A stretch of 64,000 nucleotides of DNA, taken from Deinococcales bacterium. GTDB lineage: Bacteria > Deinococcota > Deinococci > Deinococcales > JAAFIG01. The notes beneath the pieces are model-generated. The model was not told the DNA's origin, searched no databases, and was given only the letters and a program-made list of their open reading frames with translations. The stretch covers positions 17,107 to 81,106 of the forward strand of contig JAYWGM010000063.1 of assembly GCA_043778225.1 (NCBI GenBank), read 5' to 3'. This document shows positions 10,201 through 20,620 of this stretch, in pieces. The number at the start of each line of letters is the position of its first letter. Within the stretch, counting starts at the first letter, position 1. The position numbers were made by a program, and so were the translations under genes.

Positions 10201-12377
10201 CCCAAGAACTTAGTCTCGAGGGCAGACTCAACCAAGCGGTTGCGCCCCAAAGTCACATGGTATGCCTTGGCATTTGGCATGGAAGTCATTGCGCCAAGAT
10301 ATTCGCCATTGACAAAATGCAGGGCTGCACCGTCATCGGCTGCAAAACCGGGGGCGATTTTTTGCGCCCGTAAAAATTTCTCGAGTGCCACTTTGCGAAA
10401 ACGTTCGCTATCGTAATGCGGTGTAAACGAACCGGGAAGCCAACCCAAGCCGTTCATCACCCCTAAAGAGCGCCCAAGAGAATCGGTTGTGAACTGCTCA
10501 AACCAACAGATTGCCCCCGCCGAGACACCTGTAAAAACAGTCCCAGCTTCGTATGCCCGCTTAAAAATCGGCTCGAGTTCCCAGGCTTGCCACAATGCCA
10601 GTGCATTTTTGCTACTGCCGCCCGAGAAATACAGCACATCAGCCCCCAAAATCATGTCCTCGAGTTCATCCGCCCAGTCTTCGGTATGAAACAAAGCCAG
10701 ATGGCTGGCTTCACAATTTAAGTTCTCAAAAGCATTGTAAAAACGCTTGATGTACTCTAGGCTATCGCCAGCCGCTGTCGAAACAAAGCAAACCCGTGGC
10801 ACGGCGACTTCTCGAGCCGAACTTGCGACCTCGAGAATGTATTTTTCGAGCAGTAAGGTACTCGGTTCTTCTGAAAACCCACCACCACCAAGGGCGATAA
10901 TTTGGCGTTTAATCATGCTTGAAGCCGTGACCATATCCCAAGAGGCGATTTTTAGCGTAGCTGTCTCTTTGAGAAGCAGCGAATCTGGCGTTTCGAGGAA
11001 AGCAGAAGGCTCGAGTTCAACGGCATCAGGATTTTCTGATAAGGATTGGCTCTGACTCAAGTCGGCTGCCAGTTCGGGTTCTTCGTTTTGGTAGGCTGGC
11101 TCGAGTTGTAAAGGCTCAGTTTCGGCTATGGTGAAGTCGAGTGTCGCTTCGGTACTCGTGTTTGCGGTCTCGAGTATCTGAAGGTCGGTTTGTGGCAGTG
11201 CAAAATGTACAAGTACAGGTGCTTGGTATGGCTCGAGCAATTCGGGTAAATCGCTGACCAATAAATCGTCTACCGAATCAGTTTCGGCTATTTCTGAGGT
11301 TGTACTTGGCATCATTTCGGTTTCACGTACCTCAGCCGTGGCTTTGGTGGTTGGTTGAAGTGTCAACTCGTTGACCATCACCTCGGCGGTGACTTTGGCG
11401 GCTGGGTCTGGCATCATTTCTATAGCTGCCACCACTTCGATGTTTGGCATGATTTCATCGGTGGCTTTGAGGCGTGGCTCTACAGGGTCTGAGGCTGGAG
11501 TTTCAATCTCCTCAATGACCTCCTCAAGATGTTGCTCGGCTTGGGTTTCCTCGAGTATCGGACTGGCGACGATTTCTTCTATCGTGACTTTCTCGACTGG
11601 GATTTCTTCTGGGGGAACTTCTTCAAAGGCTACATCTATCAACATGGACTCTGGAATGTCATCGTCTGCCTCGAGTGTGAGTTCTGTCTGCGTCAGTTCA
11701 GCAACTTCTGTATGCGGTAGTTCAGCTACTTCTGTATGCGGTAGTTCAGCTACTTCTGTATGCGGCAGTTCAGCAACTTCTGTCAAATTCTCGAGGGTCG
11801 TGCTTATTGGCTCGCTTTGCAGTATCGGTTTTTGATTCAGTAAGCGTGCCAAGACCGAATCGGCTGGAACAGCCACAATCCCCGCCAAACTCGAGGCTGA
11901 CTCTTGGAGGTTGTTGGTTTCTTCTGGGTCGGCGGGCAATTGCAGCGAAACCAATGTGGCGCGGCGTACACCTTTTGTTCCACCTGGGGTTTGATTGATA
12001 ATCCCCATGGCAACACCATCGCCCGCATGAATCATGCCGAGCAGCACAAAGCCAGTATTGATAAACGAAGATTGATAACGGGCTGCCTCGACTCCAGCCA
12101 AATCCATCACCCGACGTGCCAAAGCGGTGATGGCGGGTGGCGGCGCATCTCGAGAACGGTCAAAGCGCCCAATCAGTTCAACAATCCGATGGCGGGCTGC
12201 CTCGAGTGTCAGTCCAGCCCCATTCAGCACTTTGGCAGCCGTGCCGCCTTCGCGCAGCAAGCCAAGCAGCAGATGCTCAGATTCAATGACGGCGTGACCC
12301 AAACGGTCTGCTTCTTCTCGAGCATAATGGAACACCAAACGCGCTCGGGCATCTAAACGATTCATGGTCATTGCCAA
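10197..12377 (-). CDS. Clp N-terminal repeat domain - long acidic linker - peptidase S51 (PepE-like) fusion
   Basis: N-term AREEADRLGHAVIESEHLLLGLL; C-term IIALGGGGFS...YFSGGS...GVSAGAICWF...SFTPHYD. Confidence 0.8.
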   Translation of the reverse strand: MAMTMNRLDARARLVFHYAREEADRLGHAVIESEHLLLGLLREGGTAAKVLNGAGLTLEAARHRIVELIGRFDRSRDAPPPAITALARRVMDLAGVEAARYQSSFINTGFVLLGMIHAGDGVAMGIINQTPGGTKGVRRATLVSLQLPADPEETNNLQESASSLAGIVAVPADSVLARLLNQKPILQSEPISTTLENLTEVAELPHTEVAELPHTEVAELPHTEVAELTQTELTLEADDDIPESMLIDVAFEEVPPEEIPVEKVTIEEIVASPILEETQAEQHLEEVIEEIETPASDPVEPRLKATDEIMPNIEVVAAIEMMPDPAAKVTAEVMVNELTLQPTTKATAEVRETEMMPSTTSEIAETDSVDDLLVSDLPELLEPYQAPVLVHFALPQTDLQILETANTSTEATLDFTIAETEPLQLEPAYQNEEPELAADLSQSQSLSENPDAVELEPSAFLETPDSLLLKETATLKIASWDMVTASSMIKRQIIALGGGGFSEEPSTLLLEKYILEVASSAREVAVPRVCFVSTAAGDSLEYIKRFYNAFENLNCEASHLALFHTEDWADELEDMILGADVLYFSGGSSKNALALWQAWELEPIFKRAYEAGTVFTGVSAGAICWFEQFTTDSLGRSLGVMNGLGWLPGSFTPHYDSERFRKVALEKFLRAQKIAPGFAADDGAALHFVNGEYLGAMTSMPNAKAYHVTLGRNRLVESALETKFLG
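11695..11783. repeat. 24-bp tandem repeat x3.7 encoding TEVAELPH
   Basis: AGTTCAGCWACTTCTGTATGCGGY units in frame within the ClpN-PepE linker. Confidence 0.95.
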
Positions 12378-12412
12378 TAGTTTACGTCATTCTGGTCAGA
12401 AGAAACGCATAT

Positions 12413-13192
12413 TCATTCTAAAGTTGCTTGGATAAATGCAATGCCCTTCCAAATACGCCAAGAACCCATCTGACATTTTTGTGAAAAAGCCACCTCGAGC
12501 AATGCCGTGGCATCTGCCCAAGCATCGGTTGGAATATCAAAGCCAGCCTGCATCGAATTCCAGTAAGCCAGTGGTGCGTTCGCATTTGGAAACTCGAGAA
12601 ATTGGTCTATGACCTCGAGTTTGGCTGCTCCAAAAACCGATTTGATGTGTTGGAACAGGTCAGTATGAAAATACTTAGGGCTTCGGTGTTCAAGAAAAAA
12701 ATTTCTAAAAACTAGTTTTGAACCAAGTTGAGCTTCAATCACATCCCAGTAATCGGCTAAGTAACCATCGGCATTGGTCAGCGCTAAGAAGCGTCCATTT
12801 GGTTTAAGGACGCGCTTTGCCTCGAGCAGCGCCTTTTCGATGTTTGACACATGATAGAGCATATGTCTTGCGGTCACAACATCAAAACTTTGGTCAGTAA
12901 AAGGCAACAGCACTGCGTCACCCTCGAGAAATTCAACCTTGGTATTTTGGGCTTTGGCGAGGGCAATCATGCCGCTCGAAAAATCTAAGCCAACCAAGCG
13001 CCCTGTGTGTTTTTGACTTAACCGAATTGGAAACGCACCATTGGCAGTGCCAACATCGAGCAACGCTTCATGAGGCTCGAGTTCTAGGGCTGTATCTACC
13101 AAATCTTCGAGTGGTTTCCCAACTGTGTATTCGGCATGGGTTTCTTGTCGAACTCGTAGATTTATATCGGTGCGGTAGGCTTCGAGATTCAC
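12413..13192 (-). CDS. Class I SAM-dependent methyltransferase
   Basis: LLDVGTANG, GLDFSSGMI, GDAVLLPFTDQSFDVV, VLKPNG. Confidence 0.9.
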   Translation of the reverse strand: MNLEAYRTDINLRVRQETHAEYTVGKPLEDLVDTALELEPHEALLDVGTANGAFPIRLSQKHTGRLVGLDFSSGMIALAKAQNTKVEFLEGDAVLLPFTDQSFDVVTARHMLYHVSNIEKALLEAKRVLKPNGRFLALTNADGYLADYWDVIEAQLGSKLVFRNFFLEHRSPKYFHTDLFQHIKSVFGAAKLEVIDQFLEFPNANAPLAYWNSMQAGFDIPTDAWADATALLEVAFSQKCQMGSWRIWKGIAFIQATLE

Positions 13193-15183
13193 GGCATTAC
13201 CTCAATCCGAATGGGCGTGTTATGAAATAAACTCCCGCCGCCCAAATCGGTCAAGTTCTGACTGGTCAAGGTATTGATGCTCTGCCCGTCTGGGGCGTGT
13301 TTTCCCCACCATGTCCCTTCGACTATCACCACGCCTTGGCTGGTGGCTTGGGTCACTTTTGCGATTCGTACCACACTGCCTTGTTGGCTCGAGAGCCGAA
13401 TTTGTGTTTGGTCTTTGACTTTATAGAGGGCTGCATCGGCTGGATGAATCATGGCGTGTGGCTGGTGTTGCTCGAGTTGGCGTATTTTACTGATTTCGCC
13501 ATACGTGCTGTTCAAAAAGTGATGGGCTGGCGGGGTCATCAGTTTTAGCGGAAATTCTGGGCTGGTGGTATCGTTTGGCACAATAAATTCTGGCACAGGG
13601 TCGAGGTGCAGTAAACCATCTTCAGTCAAACTTGAACCATGCTGGTACGGCAAAAAAACCTCTGGGATATTGAGGCGCATAAATCCATGTTCTTTTAAGC
13701 CTTCGAGCGATATGCCCTGCACAAATTCATGGGGACTGTCCAGCAATTCTCGAGCTAACGTTTCAGTATCCCAGTACAAACTCGGTTCAGAAACGCCAAG
13801 GCGCTGCCCAAGTTCAGCAAAAATCTGGGTGTTGCTTTTTGATTCAAAATACGGTTCGCAAGCTGCCTCGTTGAAACTCAGGTAATAATGCCCATAAGCC
13901 GTGTACAAATCCTGATGCTCGAGGAAAGTGGTGGCTGGCAGCACAAAATCTGCCAATTCGGCAGTCTCGGTCATGGCATTCTCGAGAACGACCGTCAGTA
14001 AATCTGGGCGCTTAAAACCAGCCAATACACGGCTCGAGTCTGGCGATACGACAATCGGATTGCAATTATAGACAAACATCGCATGAATGCCGTTCTGTGG
14101 CTCGAGGGCTGTGCCTAACTGATTCATGTTGACCCGTTTTGTTTTGGGGTTAATTAAGTGCGCCGCGCCAAGTTTGGAGCGATTGAGTTGGAATGCACCG
14201 CTTGTACTGAGCAAAGCGCCGCCGCCACGGTGCTTCCATTGTCCAGCCAGAATCGGCAGCATTGTTACAGCCCGTTGGGCATTGCCGCCGCCTTCATGGC
14301 GGGTCATGCCATAACCAGTGCGAATAAAACTTGGGCTTGTCTGGGCATACTCGAGTGCCAAAGCCTCGATGATTTGAGTTTCAATGCCAGTCACTTCGGC
14401 GGTTTGATCTAAATTCCAGATTTTGGCAGCCGCTTGGAATGCCGCAAAGCCGCGTGTGTGCTGCTCAAGGAAACTTACATCGTGTAGCCCCCTCGAGATA
14501 ATAACGTTTGCCATACCGAGCGCCAAGGCTGCATCTGTTCCGGGCTTAATTCGGATGTGCATATCGCTGTATAAACTGGTTTTAGATTCATACGGGTCGA
14601 TATGAATGATTTTTGCGCCATTGCGTCGGGCTGCTGTTAAAAACGGGGTCAGGTGCGAATTTGTCGCCAAGCTGTTAATCCCCCAGAGCAGAATCAGCTT
14701 GGCATTTGGCACATCCTCGGGGTTTGTGCCAAATCGGGCATCACCATAGGTTTGCGCCCAAGCCTCGCTGCCTGTACTGGCACAGATGGTTTCCTCGAGT
14801 TCGATTGCTCCTAGCGCCCGAAAAAGTGCATGGGCATGACTGCCTTGCATCAAGCCCATCGTGCCAGCATAGTGATACGGCAGAATACTTTCTGCGCCGT
14901 GCTGCTCGAGAATCTGCTGAAGTTTGGCGGCAATTTCGTCCAGCGCATCTTCCCAAGAAACCCGAGTCAAAACACCAGTTAAATTGCGCCGCATTGGGTA
15001 TTTCGGGCGAGTCTCGAGGTAGGCGCGTTCTGGATAGCGGTAGGTCTTGCTGCACAAAAAGCCTTGGGTGATGGGGTGATTCGGGTCGCCAAGCACTTTG
15101 ACGGCGCGTCCGTTCTCGAGCGTCACCAGCATTGAACAGGCATCAGGGCAATCGAGCGGACAGGTCAAGCGAATCGGTTTCAT
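13189..15183 (-). CDS. Molybdopterin-dependent oxidoreductase
   Basis: CPLDCPDAC...GFLCSK Fe-S motif, RIKPGTDAAL, TAELADFVLPA, C-terminal MGD-binding domain. Confidence 0.9.
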   Translation of the reverse strand: MKPIRLTCPLDCPDACSMLVTLENGRAVKVLGDPNHPITQGFLCSKTYRYPERAYLETRPKYPMRRNLTGVLTRVSWEDALDEIAAKLQQILEQHGAESILPYHYAGTMGLMQGSHAHALFRALGAIELEETICASTGSEAWAQTYGDARFGTNPEDVPNAKLILLWGINSLATNSHLTPFLTAARRNGAKIIHIDPYESKTSLYSDMHIRIKPGTDAALALGMANVIISRGLHDVSFLEQHTRGFAAFQAAAKIWNLDQTAEVTGIETQIIEALALEYAQTSPSFIRTGYGMTRHEGGGNAQRAVTMLPILAGQWKHRGGGALLSTSGAFQLNRSKLGAAHLINPKTKRVNMNQLGTALEPQNGIHAMFVYNCNPIVVSPDSSRVLAGFKRPDLLTVVLENAMTETAELADFVLPATTFLEHQDLYTAYGHYYLSFNEAACEPYFESKSNTQIFAELGQRLGVSEPSLYWDTETLARELLDSPHEFVQGISLEGLKEHGFMRLNIPEVFLPYQHGSSLTEDGLLHLDPVPEFIVPNDTTSPEFPLKLMTPPAHHFLNSTYGEISKIRQLEQHQPHAMIHPADAALYKVKDQTQIRLSSQQGSVVRIAKVTQATSQGVVIVEGTWWGKHAPDGQSINTLTSQNLTDLGGGSLFHNTPIRIEVMP

Positions 15184-15428
15184 GCTTTAATTTACGCTGC
15201 TGGCAAGTTTTCGTACAAGACGGCTAAAGGCAATGTAAAACCAGCACTTGGAATTTCGAGTTTTGAATCGCTATTCAAAAATTCATGTTGCCACAAACCA
15301 TTGCGTTGTCTCGAGAAGACTTCGCCCATTGGCTCGGATTGAGACAGTAAAAAATACTGCTCGAGACACTTTGTACTGGGGCTTGGCGGTTCATAAGTCC
15401 AGTATACGACAGAACAATCTTTACAGTA

Positions 15429-16514
15429 TCAGCGTGGCAACCAATTTATAATTGCTGCCATGGCAGCTTCGGTCACAGCCGCGCCAAGGTCAATCGGTGA
15501 ATTGGTGGCAATTCCAATGGCTAGATTGGCTTTTGGAAAAATGATCATCTCGGCAAAATTTAAGGTATTTGAGCCATTGTGCCAAATTGCTCCATCGGGG
15601 AAAATAAACCAGCCCAGCGCTGCATAAATTCCTTGCCCAGCATTGGCTCGAGGCTGATGCAGATACTTAAAGCTCTGGCTCGAGACGATGCCACTCGTAC
15701 CGTTTTCGCCGTTTAAGTGCGCCAGTAAATACTTGCCAAGGTCTGGCAGACTGCACCGAATGCCATCTGCGCCAAATAACACATTGGAATTGCCATTGGG
15801 CAATTCGGGTGAAACCGCCATAACTGTTTTGCCAACTTGCTGATGCCCGTGTGGCTGGGTGAGCACTGGAAAGCGTGTGCCAAAAGCACAATTTTTTAGC
15901 TCGAGTGGTGCAAAAATATACTCCCGAATCAGATTTTCCCATTTTTTACCCGTTACTTTTTCGGCAGCTAAACTTGCCACTACAAAACCAATGTTGGAAT
16001 AAGCCACCATCTGCCTAGCTTCAGGTGTTTGGTTGAGGGCTTTCTCGAGGTACATGGCTCGGGCTTTTTGTGGCTCGAGTTCCCAACTATACACAGCGCT
16101 GTCCTCGACATTGGCAGCAAAACCAGCCACATGAAAAAGTATTTCTTGAATCGTGACTTTACGGTAAGCCAGCAGCATTTTTTGGTCGCTAAAAACCTCT
16201 TCTAAAGTCGTGTCCCAGCCCAATAACTTTTGCTCGACCAATTTGGCAATCAGGGTGGCAGTAAAACTTTTGGACAAACTCCCCAGTTGGTACATATCCC
16301 CAAGTTGCACCGCCACTTTTGAGCCGATTGCCCGTTCACCAACGGCGGCTGACTCGAGAACTGCGCCGTTTTTAACCACCGTGGCAGCGAGACTTGGTGC
16401 GCCAAATTTAAGCCTGACCGCCTCGAGGGTGCTGGCTAAAGAATTCTGACTCGAGAAGCCAAGGCTCGAGAGGCTAAAAACGCTAAGTAAAGCAACGCCA
16501 AGCCAGTGCTTCAT
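15429..16514 (-). CDS. Secreted serine hydrolase, beta-lactamase family
   Basis: GSLSK (SxxK), YSN, WHNG; signal peptide; TATATT 7 nt before ATG 16514. Confidence 0.88.
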   Translation of the reverse strand: MKHWLGVALLSVFSLSSLGFSSQNSLASTLEAVRLKFGAPSLAATVVKNGAVLESAAVGERAIGSKVAVQLGDMYQLGSLSKSFTATLIAKLVEQKLLGWDTTLEEVFSDQKMLLAYRKVTIQEILFHVAGFAANVEDSAVYSWELEPQKARAMYLEKALNQTPEARQMVAYSNIGFVVASLAAEKVTGKKWENLIREYIFAPLELKNCAFGTRFPVLTQPHGHQQVGKTVMAVSPELPNGNSNVLFGADGIRCSLPDLGKYLLAHLNGENGTSGIVSSQSFKYLHQPRANAGQGIYAALGWFIFPDGAIWHNGSNTLNFAEMIIFPKANLAIGIATNSPIDLGAAVTEAAMAAIINWLPR

Positions 16515-16596
16515 GGAAGTCAATATATGATACAAGTTGCGTTTAGACTTGGAGTTTAGCTCACAAAATATAGGTAGGACATGGTAAGATAAACCC

Positions 16597-16857
16597 ATGA
16601 AAGCCAGTATTTATCTTCCATCCGAACTCGAGGCTGTGGTGCAAAGTTATCTCCAAGACCATCCAGAACTGACCCTTTCTGGTCTGGTGCAAGAAGCCCT
16701 CGAGCATAAACTTAAACCACGCCGCAATCGCTTGCTCGAGTTGGCTGGTTTTGTTTCTTTCGATGGCAAAGATAAACGTACATCCGAACAGATCGCAGAT
16801 GATATGCGTGAACGACCTGAAGATGAACCCACAAAGCGTGGCTTTGATCGTCCATGA
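16597..16857 (+). CDS. Putative antitoxin (RHH-like)
   Basis: MKASIYLPSEL N-terminus; ATGA overlap with the PIN gene. Confidence 0.7.
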   Translation: MKASIYLPSELEAVVQSYLQDHPELTLSGLVQEALEHKLKPRRNRLLELAGFVSFDGKDKRTSEQIADDMRERPEDEPTKRGFDRP

Positions 16858-17267
16858 GATTAGCGCGTTTGGTACTTGATACGGGTGTATTGTTGGCATT
16901 TTTTAATGACCGAGATGAATTTCATGCTATTGCGATTGAGGGATTTGAGGCGCTTAACGCCATGAATACTCGGCTGATTACCCCCTCATGCGTGGTTCTC
17001 GAGGTTGCCAAAAGACTTTTGTTCGATGTCAATGCCACTGCCATGCAAACCGCCACCCGTGCCATGCTCGAGACCCTTGAAGTTTTGGACACCACCCCTT
17101 TTGGTATTCGGGATGCGCTTGAGTTGATCGAAAATATGAAAAAATGGAATGCCACGCTCGAGGATGCAATTGTCATCAACACCGCTTTGGCACTGAATGC
17201 ACCCGTTTGGACATTTAACGACCGAGACTTTGGCAACATCAAAAATCTTGACTTTTGGAATCCGTAA
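16854..17267 (+). CDS. PIN domain toxin (VapC-like)
   Basis: LVLDTGVL...E...LEDAIV...WTFNDRDF acidic residues. Confidence 0.88.
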   Translation: MRLARLVLDTGVLLAFFNDRDEFHAIAIEGFEALNAMNTRLITPSCVVLEVAKRLLFDVNATAMQTATRAMLETLEVLDTTPFGIRDALELIENMKKWNATLEDAIVINTALALNAPVWTFNDRDFGNIKNLDFWNP

Positions 17268-17280
17268 CCCGAGGCGTGTG

Positions 17281-17327
17281 GCTTAGGTCAACAAACTGGC
17301 TTGTCGCTCAGGTCAACAAACTGGCTT
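17281..17327. repeat. 25-bp tandem duplication of the glpD 3' end including the stop codon
   Basis: GCTYAGGTCAACAAACTGGCTT at 17281 and 17306. Confidence 0.9.
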
Positions 17328-18897
17328 TGGCTAAAGTGCCAAAAGCCTCGAGTTGGGCTTCTTGCCAAGCGGTGTCGCGCCCAAGTTCTTTTGCCATCAG
17401 GCTTGCCACAAGTGGGGCTGCCTCGAGTGCAGCTTTGGCATCGAGCAATAAGGCTCGAGTTCGTCTGGATAAGGCATCCTCGAGGGTACGGCTCATTTCT
17501 TGGCGCACTGCCCAGATAATCTCGGCTTGGATGTACGGCAGTTTGGCATGAATTTTTGCGCCCAGTTCGGGGTGGTCTTGGACCATCCCTTGAATGTGTT
17601 TGGCATCCGAGCCATACATCGAAAGGCTCTCCTCGAGCGACCCGCCAATTTGTTCGGGTGAGTTTTCGACGGCAGGTGCGCCGTGCAGCCGCATCTCTGG
17701 GGTCGGTGAGGTTCGCACTTCAATTCCAGCAATTGGTGCGGCTTTGTTAATCACATCTTCGCCCATTTTGCGGTAGGTTGTCCATTTGCCACCAACGATG
17801 GTCAGTAAACCTGTTCTTGAAACCAGAATGGTGTGGTCTCGAGACAGTGCCGAGGTATTGCCATCCGAATCCGAGGCTTTGACCAGTGGGCGTAAACCAG
17901 CGTAAACCGCCAGCACATCGGAGCGCACTGGGTCTTTGGTCAAGTACCGCCCGGCGTGTTGCACCAAAAACTCGAGTTCTTGCTCGAGCGGGCGCGGCTC
18001 GGCATCTATGCTTGGGACTGGCGTGTCGGTTGTGCCTATAATCGCTTTGCCATGCCACGGCACAGCAAATAAAACCCGTCCATCGTCGGTGCGTGGAACC
18101 ATCAGGGCATTGTTGCCGGGAAAGAATTCTTTGGGCAGCACCAAATGTACCCCTTGGCTTGGCGAAATCACACTTTTTGCCTCGGGGTCATCCATTTTGC
18201 GGATGTTGTCGGTAAAGACACCAGTTGAATTGATAACTGCTTTGGCATAAATTTCAATTTCACGCCCAGACTCGAGGTCGAGGACTACAGCGCCCACGAC
18301 ACGGTCTGCTTGGTGAATCAGGCTTTTGACGGGCGTGTAATTACTGATGGCTGCGCCTTTGTTGGTGGCAGTTTGCGCCAATGTAACCGCCAGTCTCGAG
18401 TCATCAAACTGCCCATCGAAATAGACCACACCGCCTTGAAGTCCTTCTGGCTCGAGGGTCGGGATGCGCTCTAAGGCGTTGCTTTTAGAAATCAGTTTGC
18501 TGCTGCCGAGGTTTAATTTGCCAGCCAGCACATCGTAGACCTTTAAGCCCACGCCATAATACGGACCTGCCCACCAATCGTAAGCTGGAATGACAAACTC
18601 GAGGTCGCGCACCAAATGGGCAGCGTTGCGCCGTAAGCGCCCACGTTCGCGCAGGGCTTCACGCACCAAGCCTATGTTGCCCTGAGCCAGATAACGCACT
18701 CCACCATGAACCAATTTGGTGCTGCGGCTGCTTGTGCCTTTAGCAAAATCGTGGCTTTCTACAAGTGCGACGCTGTGTCCTCGAGCCGCCGCTTCGACGG
18801 CTGCGCCTAAACCAGTTGCGCCGCCGCCAATAATTAAAAAGTCGAATGGTTCGGTTTTTGAAGACTCAAGGCGCGATAAACTGTCGGAGCGATTCAT
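17308..18897 (-). CDS. glpD: FAD-dependent glycerol-3-phosphate dehydrogenase
   Basis: IIGGGATG, DFAKGTSSRSTKLVHGGVRYL, GGKWTTYR. Confidence 0.95.
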   Translation of the reverse strand: MNRSDSLSRLESSKTEPFDFLIIGGGATGLGAAVEAAARGHSVALVESHDFAKGTSSRSTKLVHGGVRYLAQGNIGLVREALRERGRLRRNAAHLVRDLEFVIPAYDWWAGPYYGVGLKVYDVLAGKLNLGSSKLISKSNALERIPTLEPEGLQGGVVYFDGQFDDSRLAVTLAQTATNKGAAISNYTPVKSLIHQADRVVGAVVLDLESGREIEIYAKAVINSTGVFTDNIRKMDDPEAKSVISPSQGVHLVLPKEFFPGNNALMVPRTDDGRVLFAVPWHGKAIIGTTDTPVPSIDAEPRPLEQELEFLVQHAGRYLTKDPVRSDVLAVYAGLRPLVKASDSDGNTSALSRDHTILVSRTGLLTIVGGKWTTYRKMGEDVINKAAPIAGIEVRTSPTPEMRLHGAPAVENSPEQIGGSLEESLSMYGSDAKHIQGMVQDHPELGAKIHAKLPYIQAEIIWAVRQEMSRTLEDALSRRTRALLLDAKAALEAAPLVASLMAKELGRDTAWQEAQLEAFGTLAKASLLT

Positions 18898-18962
18898 AGG
18901 TCTAAGTTTATACCCACAAGCCTTGGGAATTCGAGAGCGCGAGTATAAACATTTCTAAACAT

Positions 18963-19562
18963 TTAAGCCAAAGCCATAAAATACAGCACACCCAAAATCG
19001 CCTCGAGTTCTTGGATGCTGTAATCGCGTAAATCTAAGCGTACCTCCGTGCCTTCTAACTCTAGGAACCGCCAATCTGTGCCACTCGAGACAATCCCAAA
19101 GATTTTGGCTCGAGGTTTGCCACGTTTGAGGTTGAACCGTTGGGCTGCCACCATTTCCGCCACGCACTGGGCAATGCCACCCGCTAAATCTTCTTTTTTT
19201 GCCTCGACCAGCATGATAATCGGCGCTTGAACTTCAATCAAAAGCGGGTCTTGGCTGATTAAAAAATCACAAAAACCATGTAATCCAAGTTTGCGGTCTA
19301 CGTTAAAGGCAATTCCAGAAAAGACCGCAATCTGGCGCTGTAGAATTTCGCGTATTTCGACCAAAACTGGCGCAATAATGAGTTCGGAACGGGCTTTTTC
19401 TGTGCCTTTATTGACAATTAAAGGCAAGTTGCGTTGCAGTGTGGCTAACAACAAATCACTGGCGGTAACAGCTTTAACTTGCCCATATAAATTATCAAAT
19501 TCCTTAAAGCGAAGTTCAAAACGCTCACTCAGGATGTCCAAAGTAAAAGATTCATATGCCAT
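18963..19562 (-). CDS. PD-(D/E)xK nuclease-fold hypothetical protein (HsdR-N-like family, common in cyanobacteria)
   Basis: EKARSELIIAPVL, GFCDFLI, LVEAKK, AQCVAEMVAAQ, GIVSSGTDWRF. Confidence 0.7.
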   Translation of the reverse strand: MAYESFTLDILSERFELRFKEFDNLYGQVKAVTASDLLLATLQRNLPLIVNKGTEKARSELIIAPVLVEIREILQRQIAVFSGIAFNVDRKLGLHGFCDFLISQDPLLIEVQAPIIMLVEAKKEDLAGGIAQCVAEMVAAQRFNLKRGKPRAKIFGIVSSGTDWRFLELEGTEVRLDLRDYSIQELEAILGVLYFMALA

Positions 19563-19570
19563 GTAACCTC

Positions 19571-19849
19571 CTAAATCAGTTCACTGACTTTCTCGGCAGC
19601 CTCAAAATCCAGCGCAGTAATTCCGCCAACATCGTGAGTAATGTAGGCGACCCTAAGTTTTTTGTACATAATCTCGAGGCTGTCCGGATGGTGATTGATT
19701 CGCTCCGAAAGCATGGCGATTTCGACCGCCAGCGCCACACCACTGGCATAGGTCGGGCAGTTAAAAAATCGGGTCAATTTACCATTCTTAAAAGCCCAAT
19801 CGGGAAGATGAGTCAGGCGCTCGGTGATTTCGGTTTCGGTTAATTTCAT
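19571..19849 (-). CDS. Pterin-4-alpha-carbinolamine dehydratase
   Basis: NHHPD, THDVGGITALDF. Confidence 0.92.
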   Translation of the reverse strand: MKLTETEITERLTHLPDWAFKNGKLTRFFNCPTYASGVALAVEIAMLSERINHHPDSLEIMYKKLRVAYITHDVGGITALDFEAAEKVSELI

Positions 19850-20499
19850 GGTTGCAGTCTACGCTCTAATTCTAAGAGGCTGATATTCGCCAGAGTCTCG
19901 AGCCGAATCACACCACTGGGAAACTCGAGGTTCTTGGTCACAGAATTTGGAATCACCACACAAGCAATGCCAGCCGCCAAAGCCGCTTTTGCACCATTGG
20001 GTGAATCCTCGAGAACGACGGCTTCGTGGGCTGACAGCCCTAACTTATGCAGTGCCAACAAAAAAAGCGCAGGGTCTGGTTTAACCTTTTCGACTTCATA
20101 GCGTGTGGCGGTTGCGTCAAAATACTCGAGAATGCCATGCTTTTGCGTCCAGCCCGAAACCCAATCGTAATCACTCGAGGAAGCAATGGCGAGTTGTAAG
20201 CCAGCCGCTTTTGCCTCGAGTATCAATTCTTTTGTGCCAGCCAACAAACTCGAGGCGTGAATCAAACGCAAAACCTCTTCGCGGTGTTCAGCTTGCAAGG
20301 TTTCTCGAGGCAGCGCGTAACCGATTTTTTGCTCTAAATCAAGCCAAGGGTCAAAGCCGCCCCAAGTGCCAATGCCGCGCCCCCAGTCTTGGGTATTCAG
20401 CACTTGCTCAAAACGCTGATAAAGGGCTGTCCAAGCCACAAATTCTGGTGTTTCGGTATCTAAAATCGTGCCATCAAAGTCAAAAATCAGTGCTTTCAT
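19846..20499 (-). CDS. HAD family phosphatase
   Basis: FDFDGTILDTE, KPDP, EDSPNG. Confidence 0.92.
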   Translation of the reverse strand: MKALIFDFDGTILDTETPEFVAWTALYQRFEQVLNTQDWGRGIGTWGGFDPWLDLEQKIGYALPRETLQAEHREEVLRLIHASSLLAGTKELILEAKAAGLQLAIASSSDYDWVSGWTQKHGILEYFDATATRYEVEKVKPDPALFLLALHKLGLSAHEAVVLEDSPNGAKAALAAGIACVVIPNSVTKNLEFPSGVIRLETLANISLLELERRLQP

Positions 20500-20510
20500 G
20501 GCTAGAGCAT

Positions 20511-20594
20511 AAGGGAAAAGAGGCAAAGGGAAAAAGGGAAAAAGGTGAAAGGGTAAATCTGTGCGCCCTTTTACCCTTTTCTACTTTTAACCCT
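20511..20594. repeat. Octamer-based imperfect palindrome (AAAGGG/CCCTTT arrays)
   Basis: Same unit family as 4922 and 38104. Confidence 0.65.
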
Positions 20595-20620
20595 GCTTTT
20601 GCTGTGTCATACTCGAGCCT

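Noticed and set aside
15184..15428. Moco riboswitch upstream of the molybdoenzyme
   Set aside because: No recognisable consensus, and a -10-like box sits immediately before the ATG
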